Shown piece after piece: positions 1-15,713 of a stretch of DNA of 64,000 nucleotides (positions within the stretch are counted from its first letter, which is position 1; every line of letters begins with the position of its first letter). A model generated the notes under the pieces. The model was not told where the DNA came from and did no database searches. It saw only the letters and a program-made list of their open reading frames with translations. The stretch is from assembly GCA_030141605.1 (NCBI GenBank), contig JAQGDQ010000156.1:124001-188000 (forward strand), in the 5' to 3' direction. Made by a program: the position numbers and the translations under genes. The DNA is from Tubiluchus corallicola. Taxonomy: Eukaryota; Animalia; Priapulida.

Positions 1-136
1 ATTGAGAGACAAGTAAAGAGTGAATCAACTGTTACTGCCGTTAGGGAAGTTGTCGTTAATGTTCCCGCAGAAGAAGTCGTAAACAAGACTGTCTTTGTGA
101 CGGTGGTGCGCAATGCCTGGGAACTGGCTAATCCCG
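1..136 (+). CDS. Giant repeat gene exon 1 (5'-truncated; end of a long-type exon)
   Basis: Frame 1 reads IERQVKSE...[21 protein letters not shown] then a gtattt donor, phase 1; same ending as all long exons. Confidence 0.85.
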
Positions 137-3100
137 GTATTTACTAATCATCTTAGAAAACATTAATTCTAAAATTACATTTTTCTAGTAAATTTTAAGG
201 GAATATAGAAAATTTCTCTTTATTTAAGTTACCTTTACAACATGGGCGACTTTGTTTAGTAGAATAGTGCAATTGTTTTTGTGCATTAGCGAATGTGGAG
301 ATTTTTATACTTCACATTAATTGTCCTAGGATCCGAAGCCTCAGTCAACGTTACATCTGAACAGATTGGTGTATCCGACACGGGCAGTCCTGTTGTCATT
401 ATCCGCTATGTAGTGCTTCTCGATAGACAAGGTCATATACAGGAATCAGCACCTCCTAGTAGACAGTTATTGGCTTCATTGCTCACCAATAATCTGGGTT
501 TGACACTGTGTGATGACTGCGATGTCTCGACGGTAATTCGTCAGATGATTTTATTTATTAGGTTATGCTACATAGTAAAATAATATAGAATTGAAAGCAT
601 GATTTTACGTGTTGGCAACATGTTGTCCATATTCATGATTCAAAGTGAAATCATTGTAATTGCCCGTGTACACTATAATATCTTATACATTATTATACAC
701 ATTATTATGTATACATGGCCGATTTCCATAACAAAGTACATTGTTTCGATACTCAAGTTTAGTATGCCATTTAAATACCTTTGGCTTTCACAAGTTCACT
801 CATGCACAAGTTTAGTTTACACATAGTTCTATTGTAATATGATAGCGATTACAATATGGCTTGAACAAGACAGTTTTACGATTGACAGACGTTTTCCCAA
901 TGGCACATACCTTTTAGAAATCTGCAGACAATAAACGAACAGTAGACGCATTACAGTATGACTACTAGCAGTATAGATACATACGTAGCATTAATGTTCA
1001 GAATAAGAATAATATTACTATGTAAACTAATACAATAGTTAAAAGTGTTTAATAAGAAATGCAAATTTCTGTACAAGCTTAAATACTTGAATATTAACAG
1101 TTACATGCAGATGATGATTGCCATGAAGAAGCAGATAAACGAGTTCATTTGTTGACAGATTTTGAATTCTAATATTATGAGGAGTCAACAAAGTACTAAG
1201 TTTGTTTAGTAAGATATCTTGAGCCTGGTGATATAAAGAGCAACTAATGCAAAAGTTCAAGTGAAAATTAGGTCAGTTTTTATCACTCCTTATTCTTAAC
1301 GTTAAAATGTTCTGCGGTCGACAACAATAGAGATGACTGAGTAAATGAGAAGATTATTTTATGGCATTACTATAAAACCTTGAAAATTTTGTTTCTCTTT
1401 TTCAGGTTAACACGTTGTTTATTGGTTCTCCCACGTCTCAGATCAGCTTCAATGATTTGAGGAGTGCACTGAGCCAACTCTGGCAGGCTAACAATCGTCA
1501 GCGTCTTTCAGACGGTAACTGGCAACTACTGCTGACAAATTGGACGACCGGTTATCTTTCCAAGACATTTCAACCGGCCGTTCGTGTTTCATATACGCTC
1601 AGCCTTCCACCGAATGTACCTGAAGACAGTCTCATCAGACCTTCGGCCGGACAAACAGCAGCTGCTGTTCGCAACTTGGATATGGAGCTTTATCCGGCTG
1701 ATCAAATATATGAGAAGCGATATCAGTTCATGAATGCCATCCCCGGACAAGTGGACATTGTCGCAGCTGCCCAAAAACTAATTCGTGCCTGGGGAAGGGT
1801 TAAGCCTAATCAAGGTGCTCGGGTGTATGTTGTGAATGTTGCTCCAGCACAGCAACCTGATTTAACCATAGCTGATTATTATCTATTTCTGAATGACGAC
1901 GATATTGTGTCGCCCACAGACGTCTCCCCGGCCGAATTTGCAGAAATGTACCGCTATTTGAGAAGTTCGGAAGATATCATTACAATTCCGCATGCGGTAA
2001 GGCTACACGGGGCATACAGTGAGAGGAACGTAAATGAGAGTGCTTTAACGGCAGGTCTGACTCGAGCTTGGACAGCAGCTAATCCAGGTAAGCAAAACAC
2101 TTTCATAGGTTTTAATAATTTTTATTCTTGGCAATGCATACGTCTGTTTGAGTGTACGTGTTTTTGCAAACGTAGCAATCACTACAGCCAGTATTGTTAT
2201 AGCTGTTGTGCGACATTTCTTCTGCCTAGACGGTGTAGTGATTAGGGAATAAAATGAGCCGCACTGCGATGTTTTCGTAGTAAAAGATGTGCACGATTGA
2301 GGCACCACGCAAAGAAGCAAGAACTCGAGTTTATCTTGTAATTTTCTATATTTTAACTATACAATAAGCACAATAAACGAGTGCCAAATTTAGTGTTTTG
2401 TTAACATCGAGAGAAGCTGTAATTCACACCTGAATAAATATAATTACAAACGGTGATAGAATTTGAACTCATGCTATTAAGTAGAGAAACTTGCTAGAAA
2501 TTTAGAAACTAGAAGCTACTATTTCTGGCTGTGTTATTATCATCGGAAATACTTTGTTCACTGAGAATGTATATATTTTCGCATAAGAAATGTGTCAAAG
2601 ACAAAGACGACATTTATTTACTGTTACTCATTTAACAGATAATATGAGCACTAACGGCTATTTAGCAACTTACACTTACAACAATACTGGGAAGGACACA
2701 GTACGCAAACAACGAATAATATGCTGGGTATACGCCTTGGCGTTGACGGCCGCTAGACTCGAACTCAAGACTGCATGGTTACAGTCCGAAATAGGTCAGC
2801 TAACCCAGGACGAATATTTTCGACCCATCACTGTGTTCATTCTCAGATAGTGATGCTGCTGAGTGTCAGACAGTGTTTACAATATAAATACAATATAAAC
2901 AGAAATTTGCAATATATATTTCTTTTATGTAGGTGTTGTGTTTACTGTCAAAATTACTGGATATAAACCTGATAGGACGTTGACCGGCGGTGATGGTACG
3001 TCTATTGAATACGTAGTGGAAACTAGGTCCACCAGACCTGGTGTGGAGTACACGACACCAACTGCACAGCAGCTAAGTCATGCCGTGTTTGCATCAATAA

Positions 3101-6100
3101 TCGAATCTGATAAACAGAATAGCAAAGTAAGAACTTGAGATGGATTGCTTATTTTGTTGCAGAAATATTAGTAAATTTCTGACATTTACTAAAATTAGTA
3201 GTAAATATACAGTAGTAAATATACACGGTAAACTCATTTTACTTATCGATTAACTTCGTTGTTGATGATGGATGACATCGACTTTTTTTAATTCATCGGA
3301 AAAAAGAAACTCGCGGCACTGTGACACTCACTGCATGTGATTTTGTTCTCTTCCTGTCGTAATGCCACTCATATTTAGCTGTTCATATGTAGAATGATGA
3401 AATTATAGGACATTGTGTGTTTCCAGATTAGGCTATTGAGCTTTCCAGGTTATCAGTTTATTAACTTGAGCAAATTCCTGATTTTGATGCAACATATTTC
3501 AATTAAAGAGACAAATTTTCAGCATTTGTAATGTTTAAATCCTAACAATATAGCCTATTTTAGGCCAATTCTGCAAGTTGCTAATATTGTGTTGATTAAA
3601 AGAATTAGTGATTGATTATACTAGGGGACAAGTGCTTTGTAGCTGAGCTTGTTGTGCCATTGAAATTTGTAACTATTTGCTGTGGCGTGTTGATATTCAA
3701 TATTTGGTTTAAAACATCTAAGGTTTTTAGCAGCAATGGTAACCCAAGAGTAACCTTGATACAATAACTGGTTTGACAGATAAACAGTTTTAAGTTTGCT
3801 AGTTTTCATTACTTCTTAAAGTCAAATTTCCACACATTCTTGGGTTTTAGAGGTATTTAATTTGCTACAATTGTTTTTCTTAGCTTTATCCTCTGTATTT
3901 GTCAACCGAGGGTACGTCTCTGAGTATCAGAACTACTGACATTGAGGACATCCTCAGACGTGTGTGGATGGACAGAAACCGGGGTGTGTTGAGACTTCTT
4001 CCGTGGAGCGTTCGGTTGCTCACTAATTACACGACCGGATCAGTCCTCGAGGATGGCACAGTGGTCATAACTTTACACTACGAAATCACGCTACCGGATG
4101 ATTACAACATTGACGAAACCGTAGTTGAACCGGAATACTCTAGGCTGGCTTCTCAGCTTCGTCCTGCTGGCTTCAATCTTGTTTTACCCTCTGACGTGTA
4201 TGGTGAAGAATACCACTTTACCAACACAATATCTGGGTCGTTGAGCTCCCAAAGGACTGCAGACAGACTGGCTTCCGTTTGGGCGCTTGTGTTTGGTTCG
4301 GTTCCGGACAGACAGGTGAAAGTGCAGGTCTTTGTTGTTGACACTCAGCAAGAGACGGACAATGGGAATCGGCCAGTGACGACTGCTACGTATTTTCTGC
4401 GAGAAAGCGATAACATCGTGCATCCATCTCGTATCACCCCGGCCGAGTTTGCTCGCGTTCAAGAACTCACGGCCGAAGAAGATTTCGTGGACGAAGTGAG
4501 ACTTCAAAATTCGATTATTATTGATGATCCACCTTTAGAGCCGCCTGCTGAGCGTGATGAGAAATTAAGAGCAGCATTATTAAGAGCATGGCAAGAAGCA
4601 AATCCAGGTAAGCAACTAAATTTAATTTCTTTGAAATGAGTTAAATAGATTTGCTAAACAAAGTTTTTTTCTTAAACAAATGAAATAACATATGAAAAGA
4701 AGAGAAAAAAAAGAGTCTTGGCTTAAGGAATGTATTCTTACCTAATTAAGCAATCTCTTAGAACAAAGTAAGTTATAGTAGAGAGAAACAGTGATATGGT
4801 ACTTAGCTTTTGGTTAACAGACAATTGCAAATTGCCAATGGTGAACTACATCAGTAAACACAAATTTGCCATAGATATAGATTTAAAAAAAAGTTATCTC
4901 TGTAATTTTGACTAAACTTACTCTGTATCTTTGCCTAACTTATTTCTGAATAATGGTACCTACTTCTAAATCATTTTGTGCATTATAATGTCTTATTTCT
5001 GTTAGGTGCCATGATTTCTTGCCTTGTTACCGTGCAATTAATTCACAGCTAGAACATATTTCAGTGTCTTTACTGATTGCTTTCATTATTGTTTCAAGAT
5101 TTCAATGTCAGTACCACCATAATTGCATATCAACCACAGGCGACACCTACGGTGAGAATCACCTACCTTGTCGTGGTCGCCGGCACTCGCGATAGAGCGC
5201 TGGTGGAGACGCCAGATCGTGATGCACTGAATTTGTACGTTAATGCTGCACTTGGGAGAAACTTTGGCTGTTCTGTGCTGGTGTGCACGAGTACAGAGGT
5301 TTGTCGTTTAGATACTTTAGTCGTAAAGATTTTTTGTGCAATGAATTCTTTGCACTGCAAATTGGAAATATTCAAAGAAAAGGTTGTTCAACAAGGTCTT
5401 TTGTGGCATCATTAAAGCCTGTTTTATTGCCAGGAATATCCTTCTAAGATGAACCACTGAACCAGTAGAAGTGTCTCAGTCTTGTTCAGTTTAATGATCT
5501 TTGATCTATGAGGTAAGCATTCCAGGTTTACAAATGAAACCACCCCGGGTGCTTATGTTTAATGCCTTGTCACTCATTCTTATGGTTTGTAAACATTTGA
5601 AGTTTGTTTTATAAATTTAACACGTAACAAGACAGACCTGCTAACTCTCATGCATTAGGCATATGCGACATGCATTTTAAGTCTTTCATACTTGCACAAC
5701 TGCACATACATCAAATTTCAGTTCTCACGCATTCCGCAGCTTCTCATGCAAATCACCTGGATATTGTAATTATTGAACAGTGAGCACTTTTGCGCCTTCT
5801 TCATATATACAAAAGAACATGTTTACATATAAAGCGTATTGAAATATATGGAACAGCATAACAATGCGCAGTAGCATCCCAAAAATGAATTTAATTTTTT
5901 GTTTTTTTCCTTATTTTTTTGATAATTTGATTTTGATACCCGGAAAAGTAAACATTTCTAGGGCAAGAGTTCCCCACCTGCACTTTCCCACTCCCGTACC
6001 CTCGCACTGCCCCGTACCCTAGAAAGATTATCCCTGTTCTTTCTGCATATCACACTCATTTTTACATCATGTGGTTGGATTGTCTACAAAAAACGTGTTT

Positions 6101-9100
6101 AATGGGCAGTTTTTTTCTGATAGATATATCCCATTCACGTACTGGGTCGACTCTCATCGCGACTAAACACTCGAAGACTTGTTGAAGAACTGATAAATTT
6201 GTGGCAAACTACCAATCCTAAACTTAATGAGTTACCATGGAACCTTCAGCTAGTTCGCGTGCAACCCGGCCGCATGACCGTAGACGGAATACCTGTTACT
6301 ACTTACTATTACGAACTGGCACTACCTGAAGGTTACGATATTAACGCCGAACTTGAGAAGCCTAGATTTGATCAAGAAGCGAGCTTCATTCAGCCTATTG
6401 GAACTGTTCTGGTTGATCCGAGCACAGTGTACGGTGAACAGTATTATTTCCGAAACATGGTTCGTGGTCGCGTTAATTCGACTGCGGCTGCAAACGTACT
6501 AGTCAACGCCTGGGCTAAAGTACTGGCTTCTCAACTGCAGCCAAGCGACACGGCTTCTCGGGTTAGAGTTTTCGTCGTGGACAGTGCCGATGCAACGACG
6601 CCAAATAACACACGTTTTACGACGGTGATTTACTTCCTCCGTTTGAATGATGAAATAGTACATCCCGGGACAATAGATCGTGATGTACACAATCAAGTTG
6701 TGACGGTCTTACACGACGGTATCCCATCTACGCTACACGTTGTTTCGCTGGACGGTAGATTAGCACACGAGGTGGTAAACAACACCGACTTTGTAGAAGC
6801 TTTGAAGAGCTCATGGGAACAAGCTAATCCAGGTGAGTTAATGAGCATTGTTTGTTTGTTGTTTAAGGCGAAATTAAGATTCGATGCCTTGTAAATGTAG
6901 TTACTCAGTACTTTTATTTCTCAAACTCTAATTCAAATGTGCCTTTTCTTCTAATCATAATAAGATTTAAGAATTATTTATTATACTTTAAAGCATAAAA
7001 AGTGCACTTCCAAGCACCTACAGTGAATAAAAAAAAGCGTGTACACTCATGTCTCAGTTTGCCGGACAAAAGCCGGGAGACATCAGTCCGAATTTGCCGA
7101 TTGTCTGTATTTTCCAATACTAAGCTAATGTAGCAGACGCCGTGTATTAGACTTACGGTAATGTAGAATCAATTGCCTAATTTTCTCTAAGACGTCTATA
7201 CCTGTGCAAAAGTATATAAAAACCGTCGGCAATTAAGTCCTCATAATGGACTCTGAAGCACTTACATGCTGCTTAAACCACTAAACACGCTGACATACTA
7301 GTGTGTGTTGTTACATGCTGCTTGAACCACTAAACACGCTGACATACTAGTGTGTGTTATTACATGCTGCTTAGACCACTAAACACGCTGACATACTAGT
7401 GTGTGTTGTTACATGCTGCTTAAACCACTAAACACGCTGACATACTAGTGTGTGTTATTACATGCTGCTTAGACCACTAAACACGCTGACATACTAGTGT
7501 GTGTTGTTACATGCTGCTTAAACCACTAAACACGCTGACATACTAGTGTGTGTTGTTACATGCTGCTTAAACCACTAAACACGCTGACATACTAGTGTGT
7601 GTTGTTACATGCTGCTTAAACCACTAAACACACTGACATACTGGTGTGTGTTGTTACATGCTGCTTAGACCACTAAACACGCTGACATACTAGTGTGTGT
7701 TGTTACATGCTGCTTAAACCACTAAACACGCTGACATACTAGTGTGTGTTGTTACATGCTGCTTAAACCACTAAACACACTGACATACTAGTGTGTGTTG
7801 TTACATGCTGCTTAAACCACTAAAAACACTGACATACTAGTGTGTGTTGTTACATGCTGCTTAAACCACTAAAAACACTGACATACTAGTGTGTGTTGTT
7901 ACATGCTGCTTAAACCACTAAAAACACTGACATACTAGTGTGTGTTGTTACATGCTGCTGGATGCAAGCAAAGTGACGACTCATCAACTAGCGGTCGGCT
8001 CACGAAATAACGGACTGTGTCCGTAGTATGCGGGACTTCTTAACGCACCAAATTTTTTTCGGAATTTTACGATATTCGTAAAACCGAGATATGAGTGTAT
8101 TATACATTCTACAAGAAAAACGTTTTTCACTTAAAACTAATCAATGTTTTTTACAATGTGTGGAAATGCTTACTGTTGAACAGAGCAGCGCGTTGATGGT
8201 ACTAAATTATTTTTAAATCAACTTGTTTTCACTTTTGGCAAGATGAACTGGTAGCCACTTCTATTTGAATAATGTCATTTTGGTAACAGTGCAGACTCAG
8301 ATTTTATTTTGTTCCAAACAAATAACAAGAACAAAACGTCAATTTTATATCATTTAGCAGTTCTTTACTACAACATCATAGTAATTAATAAGTAAAAAGC
8401 AATTTACCTAAATAACTAATTTTAAGTGACTTAGATACGTTATTAGCCCCAAATCATGACAAACTGTAGACACTGATCAATAACTTATTAACTTATCTTA
8501 AGCACATCATAACGAAATTAAAAAGATCACTGACCTAAGTCAAACTGGTCATGTGATTAACGCAAAAAATCGCCATAAGGTGCCTAAAGCAGATGGGAAG
8601 GGGAAACCTATGTGCCAAATTTCCCACATAACATTAAACACTTATGAAAACAGTTACCGTAGATCGACAGGGCAAAGCCTATAAGTAGGTTTTTTGGATG
8701 TAGTTGCTCTCTTGCTAAACCTCTGTTAATTGTTTTATCACACTTTTTCTCTCACGTGTTTTACATTCATGTTATCTCTCTAAAATTGTCTCTCAAGTGG
8801 AAGTGCCACCTAGAAATTATTCTAGATTCTGCTGATAAGTTGCTGAAATAAAATGATAACCAGAGCAAACCATCGATTCACCACAGGTACCTAAATATTT
8901 TTTTTAATTATAGATTCGGAACTTGTTCTGTATGTGACACATTACAATACAACAGAGAGAGATGGCGCTCCCGTCACAAATGTCTTTTACGTGGTACAAG
9001 CGAGTGGCCCACAAAACACTCTCCAGCTGTATCCACCCGATGAAGATGTAGTGGCTTTAAATATTTACCTGGCTCTTGGTGGATTTGGTTGTCCATTGAA

Positions 9101-12100
9101 TGTGTGTCGTAGCAGCAAGGTATGTCAACAGCATAAGCAGTATGTGTGATTAATGTAGTTAGTGGCCTTTGGGCTGATTTTAGTGGTCACCAAAGTTACC
9201 TTTACTGCCTTTGGTTTAGTAAGTAACGATTTGTATTTCGATACAATATGTTTATCAAATTTGTTACTCTATGTAGCTACAAATGAATTCTTAAAGAATG
9301 TGAATGATCTTAACTTTGAAGAACAGATTAAATGAGAAATTATAATGATTTGTATTAAAAATAATGTTTTGATTTGCTTTTGGTAACTTAAGTATAGATG
9401 GCTATCATTTCCTGATGCCACGATCCTGATATGCCACCTACATTTTCAACATAACATGATTAGTAGATATTATTATTCCCGCTTTAATTATCATTTGATT
9501 ATCATAATTTCTTTAGTCGGTAGTTTAATTTTGAGTGCACTAAGTCCTTGCTTAACGACGCTAATGCATTCTGGCAAAATGCGATGTTAAGCGAAACTTC
9601 ATTAAACGAAACCATGATTTCCGTGGAAAATAATGTTAAAAAATTGAGAAAAGTTCCAGCTCATTCTAGAAAGAGAGCATTCTAGAAAAATGGTGAACTT
9701 GTGGTGTTATGCTTTACTCTTCTATCTTTGCAGGAATATGATCTGTATCTAGCCACAAATGACCGCACATTTACATTAGAGAGTCAGCGCTATTCACGAG
9801 CACTTCGCCTGGTTTGGGAGTCTGTGAATCCTCAACTGGTTAACGACCTACCTTGGAACATTCGCGTCACTAATGCGACAAACTACGGAATCACCTCAGA
9901 TCTAAACCAGGTAGTTAGACTTACCTACGAAGTTCTGCTACCTGTCGGATATCCAGTCGAGAGCACACTAACTGAACCTTCATTTGCACGGCTAGGAAAT
10001 CGAGTCAGGCCACTTGGTGTCACCCTGGTACAACCCGATTCTGTTTATGATGACACTTATCATTTCAATTCTATCCTTTCTGAGCACCTCAATTCAGCAG
10101 AAGTAGTTAATCTTCTGTCCAGAACGTGGTTACGTGCTTTGAACAGTAGACCGACCAGACCACCTGTCCGAAGTGCCCAGGTAGCGTTAATTAGTAGCAG
10201 AAGAGCTGAGCGGCAAGGTCGTCCCATAACTGCAACTGTTTACTTTCTCATCGTGGACGGAGACATCGTAAATCCAGCTTCAATTGACAGGCAAACTTCT
10301 GCAAGATTTCTGCGGCTGCTGCGCGAACCGGAGCCGGAACCGTCACGCGCAGAGCATGTGATAACTATAGATGGCAGATTGGATCCGAGTGTTATCAATT
10401 CCACTTTGTTTACTTCCATTCTGCAACGGAATTGGCAAGAGAGAAATCCAGGTACGAATATGTCGGTTTGTGTGAGTTTTCATTGTTTTTGCTTTGAAAC
10501 GATTTTAAAAGTTCAATTGTAACACCAATGCATGTGCAGAAAGTAAGCAGCATGTTTTGGTATTAGCTGGAATAGCTACAGTAGATCCTCCTTTCGGTAC
10601 TTTAACGGTAAAGATTTTAAATGGTTGCTCTGTTCTAATGCTGTAATAGAAACGGCAGCAGTTAAGTGTCGCATCTGCACAAAGAAATGATCTGTAAGCT
10701 TGTGTGTCAGATCTATACTTATTCTAACATGTCGACTCAGTGACGTTGGATGTTAGGCAACTCGTCAGCTTGAAAACTGGACAACATTTCGTATGCCACT
10801 TTGCATTGCGTTTCTTCAAGTAAAAAACAAACACATATCAAGTTTTGCTGAGTTTGTCATAGATATAAAGGATTAAAGATATTTCATAACCTTCTTAATT
10901 AACCTACTGGTAAGACTAGTATTTGCAGCACTTAGTCTTAGAACGTAGTCCTTCTCTGCTAGCTAGAACATCTCTGAACATAAATGAAAATGTATGATCT
11001 TTGGATACCTAATTAGCAGTCGTGTAAATACAATGCAAACATTTGTATTCTGTCTTGTCATGTGAGCAGCTATACAAGATCTTATCAGTTAGATCCCATG
11101 CGATTACGCTTCGAATTATGATAATTGTTAATGATCTTTTTCGTTTCTACAGTAAGATCTAATGGTACGATTGAGTTCCTTCCTTACACATTTTCTCACG
11201 ACTTCATTAACTGCTATGCTGTCTGCTGAAATCAAATTTGTTTACCTGTACAGTATAGTCTTTGAAATTTTGCGAATGTTTATATGTTTCCAAATGCACT
11301 TATTAAAACTGGAGTTGTTCTTTGCTCATTTAGGCAATATTTCAGCTTGTTTTAGTCTATTTTTGAGTTAAAGAAATGTTCAGCTTCATACGCTACAGTG
11401 TCATCCGGCTTTTTGTTAAGTTTTCATTATTTTTTCCAGGAAAAGTCATCGTAGTTTACGTGGTCAGATACGTCTATGATGTGGATGAAGATAACAATCC
11501 AGTGACGATCGTTTATTACGTCATTCAAACGGATGAGCCATCTTCTGTTGTTACACCTGAGCCAGGCTTGCTTGCGCAAAATCTCATAATAGCAGATTCG
11601 TCAACTACAGAAAGTCCTAGCTCACCATTCATCACTATCACCACCTCTCCAGTTACTAGCAGCTCATCAGTCACTTCTAGTTCATCTGTTTCGACAGCAG
11701 TGACATCACCAAGCACACAAATCATTCCCGAGAGCACACGTAGCACACGAGTTACTCCCGAGAGCACACCAAACACACCTGTTACTCCCCGGAGCACCCC
11801 GAGCACACGTGTTACTCCCCGGAGTACCCCGAGCACACCTGTTACTCCTCGGAGCACCCCGAGCACACCTGTTACTCCTCGAAGCACACCAAGAACCACA
11901 CCCTTTCTCTCCAGAACATCACAAACTGTTACACTGGATGGAGTTCGTGGCTCCGATGTGGATCAAGTGAAACTGGTTAATTCTCTTCAACGTGCATGGC
12001 AAGAAGTAAATCCACGTAAGTTATATAAGTGATTTTCTATTGTTTCATGCAGTAGTACTCCAAGCAGGTAACCTTACTTCTTTTTATTAGCTATCACGAC

Positions 12101-15100
12101 TTTCTTGTTTTATAATAGCTTCATTAATTACAATAATGCCACTTACATTATATGTTTCAAATGTAAATGTGCTTGTGTAAAGGGTAAAATAATTTGATGT
12201 AGTCAATAATTACATTTGGGTTACTAATTATTTAAATTTTGAGAGACTGTTCTTTTATTCCTTTTCTTTGGTTTCCTCCTGTTTTTTACGCTGATTTTTT
12301 TATTCTCGTTTCCATATTTTAAACTTTAAAAATTAGGCCACTATAGTCTATACTGATACATAAGTCCAACACTTTGAAATCTCAGTCTCAATAGCAGCAA
12401 GAGCTACTAACATCAGCACCATTTTCTTGGAGATTTGAAAAAGGAGACCCGAATGCTTCAGAATGACATCTTCAGCAGGAAGCAGGAATAAAATAAATGG
12501 CGACGTTCTAGATGCTGTCGATGTACTCAGGTTTCATTTGTTCAAATCCTCAATAAAATGGTGCTGATATAAGTGGCCGTTGTTGCATTTCTAGCAATTC
12601 ATCACACTGTTTTGGACGACAGTACAAAACTTGATTCTTTAACTCAAGATAAAAATAGAACTTTTAACTTTTATGCACCCAAAACTAACTTCTCAACAGG
12701 AGAAATCTTTTCTACATTTTTTAACCTGGTGCCCTCTCTTGGCTAAAATAAGAAATAGTATTACAACCTCTGTTTTGCTTTTTCCAATCTTTTATCTCTC
12801 ACTTTTTGCAATACATGCGAAACATTGTCATTTTATTATCAGTGACAGAAAGGCATTGCAGGTATCACTTCTAAGTTACTAACTTAATATACAGTCTGCA
12901 TGTGAAATCTGTGGACTTCGCACAAAATGTGACAACTTACCTACAAAGATGATGCGCCAGTGACTGCAACTTTTAAGTTATGCAATAAATTATTTTAATT
13001 TATAAAAACTCGTCACTATTGCTATATTAACTTTGCCCTTACTGTGAAATTCCCCGTAGCTCTAATTCGGAAAAACTTGTTTCCTAGGAAAAGTTGTTGT
13101 TGTGTACATCACACGCTTCGAGGATAGTGTGGATTCTGACGATCAACCAGTGACCGTAGTACACTATGTGGTTGAGCTAAGTGCACCTCCGGATGCTGGT
13201 CCTGTAGCAACGCCACCCGAACACGTCGTCACACAGTATGTGTACTTGGCTGCTGGAGGTTTCAACTGCCTACTTACCATATGCACAAACAGCAAGGTTG
13301 GTTGATATGAGTTTTCTACATGTGACCCATTGCAAGATTTGTTTTAGCAATAGCAGTTGGGATGAGCAGAGTTCAAACATTCGGATCAATTCGATCAATT
13401 TCTTTTATTTTGAATTGGATTAAAAACTACATTCATGAATTCGGATATTTCAGTACTTCAGTTATGCCTGGTTCTTTTGCCATTAAAGTGTTTGAACATT
13501 GTGTAGTCAACACGATTTAGCTGTAATTTCCTTTATTTAAAGAAATTATTACAGTTCTTTGTTGTAAAAGAAAATCAAGTATTGCTGGTCTGAAATTTAC
13601 TCTGATTTATTCGAAAGCCATGAGTTGCATTCAATTTGAATTGGATTTCCTGTAGTATATGCGTACATCAGTGACATCAGTTGCATTTTCGTGATCAGTT
13701 AATCTGATACTCGATTGTGATCAGTTTTAATGTGATTTTTTGTGGTATTTTACAAGAAGGCATGCTCACATGTTTATGCTTATGAGAAACCTTTGTGCCT
13801 ATGCAACAATGCCAGTAAGCACAAAGGCAGTACCATATTACTTGATTTTACCGCATAACAGAATGACATATTGCACAATTTTGTGGATTTTCTAAATATT
13901 AAATTGAGAACAGTACTTGTAAGATAATTGATTTCTATCAGCAGCCAAAAAAATAATATATAATTGGAAATAAAAACACTAATCGACTATAATTGATTGA
14001 TAGGTCTAAAGTGTTGCTCATGTGACTGCTTAGTAGACTGGTAATTTCTCAGTTTTCTATTTCTTCGCTAATAATTTTAGAAGATTTGTGTTTTATACTA
14101 AGGTAATCAATTTCCATCAGCAGCCAAAAAATAATCGATAATTGGAAATAAAAACACTAATCGACTATAATCGATTAATAGGTCTATAGTGTTGCTCATG
14201 TGACTGCTTAGTAGACTGGTAATTTCTCAGTTTTCTATTTCTTGGCTAATAATTTTAGAAGATTTGTGTTTTGTACTAAGTGAGGTGCTACTATGTTACT
14301 GGCAGTAACGATGTACTATCTTTTGCATCACTTAAATTTGTTGCAGAAGTCAACTTTGATGCTCAAAAGTTAACACAAAAAACTGGCATAGAAACAACCT
14401 GCTATACTACCTTTTGTTGTTTTTCGTTACTCAGGGTTACACATACTACGTGATTAGTGATCGTGATTCCATCGCTGTTGACAGTCAGCGTGTTCGACGG
14501 ATACTCCGCTCAGCGTGGGAGTCCATCAACCGTGACCGGCTAGTCGGAATCCCGTGGAATCTGAGGCTCGTAAACGTCTCTACTGGCTTCATCACGCGTG
14601 AAGGACGACCTGTTTTCGGACTCGAATACGAGGTTTACTTACCCGCAGAGTACGATGTGGAAACAACGTTAATAGAGCCTTCTCCCACCAGGGTTGTCCC
14701 TGCATTCCAGGAACTCGGTCTGACAGTTCTTGTGTCCCCCAGTTCTGTATACGATGACAAGTATCGATTCGTGAATGTCATTCCGGGTGAACGCCCAACG
14801 GCTGATGCTGCCGACAGGCTGGCTAACGTTTGGGCTCAAGTGTTACAAGCTCGGGAAGGTAGACCGGTACCCGTTAACGTTTATGTAGTCAGCACAGACA
14901 GATCAGACTCCCCTGACGGTGAGCCGGCTACCGTTGCCGTTTACTTCTTGTCCGTTGACAGCGAAGTGGTGCTGCCCTCTTACATCCACGAAGACGACTT
15001 TGACCGCGTGATTGACTTGCTTAATAATGAAGGCGGGGAGGAAAGATTTACACATTTGCTAACGCTGCCAGGGAGACTTAATAGTCAACTTGTAAATGAA

Positions 15101-15678
15101 ACTGCTCTCACTATTGCTTTGGAGCGCATTTGGAGGCAAGCTAATCCAGGTTTGTTTATTTTTCATGTTCTTGTACACATTTCTTGATAAGGTGCATTAA
15201 CAAACTGTAGCTGGCTGCTGTGATAGACACCATTATGAGTTTTAAGTACAGAAAATTTCAGTAATTTTGCAATATTGTCTATATCACTGTGTTCAACTCA
15301 CCAACACTTATGTATGGCCAGATTACGTAGGACGAAGTTTCCTGTACTAGTATGCAAGACCAGAGAAATTTGATTAGATGAGAACAAAAATTAACAAACT
15401 CATTATGAATCTCAAAAGTTATGAATCTCAAACTTGCTGCCACAAACTTGCTTCCAACGCACTCAAACCCGTAATGCGCTAACCGTTCAATGCTTCACAC
15501 CACAACAAATTATTAGTACAATGAACTTTAGCATAATTTTAATACAGACGAGTACGTCTGTGACGTCACACACTGTATACAGCTTATTAACACTTATGTA
15601 TTGACAAATTGAATTTGTATTAATTTTTTTGTTGTAGTATGTAAGACCAGACAAATTTCATTATATAATGACAATAAA

Positions 15679-15713
<35 letters not shown>

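Noticed and set aside
11525-11899. Minus-strand ORF with [10 protein letters not shown] repeats
   Set aside because: Antisense shadow of the PTS coding repeat in exon 10
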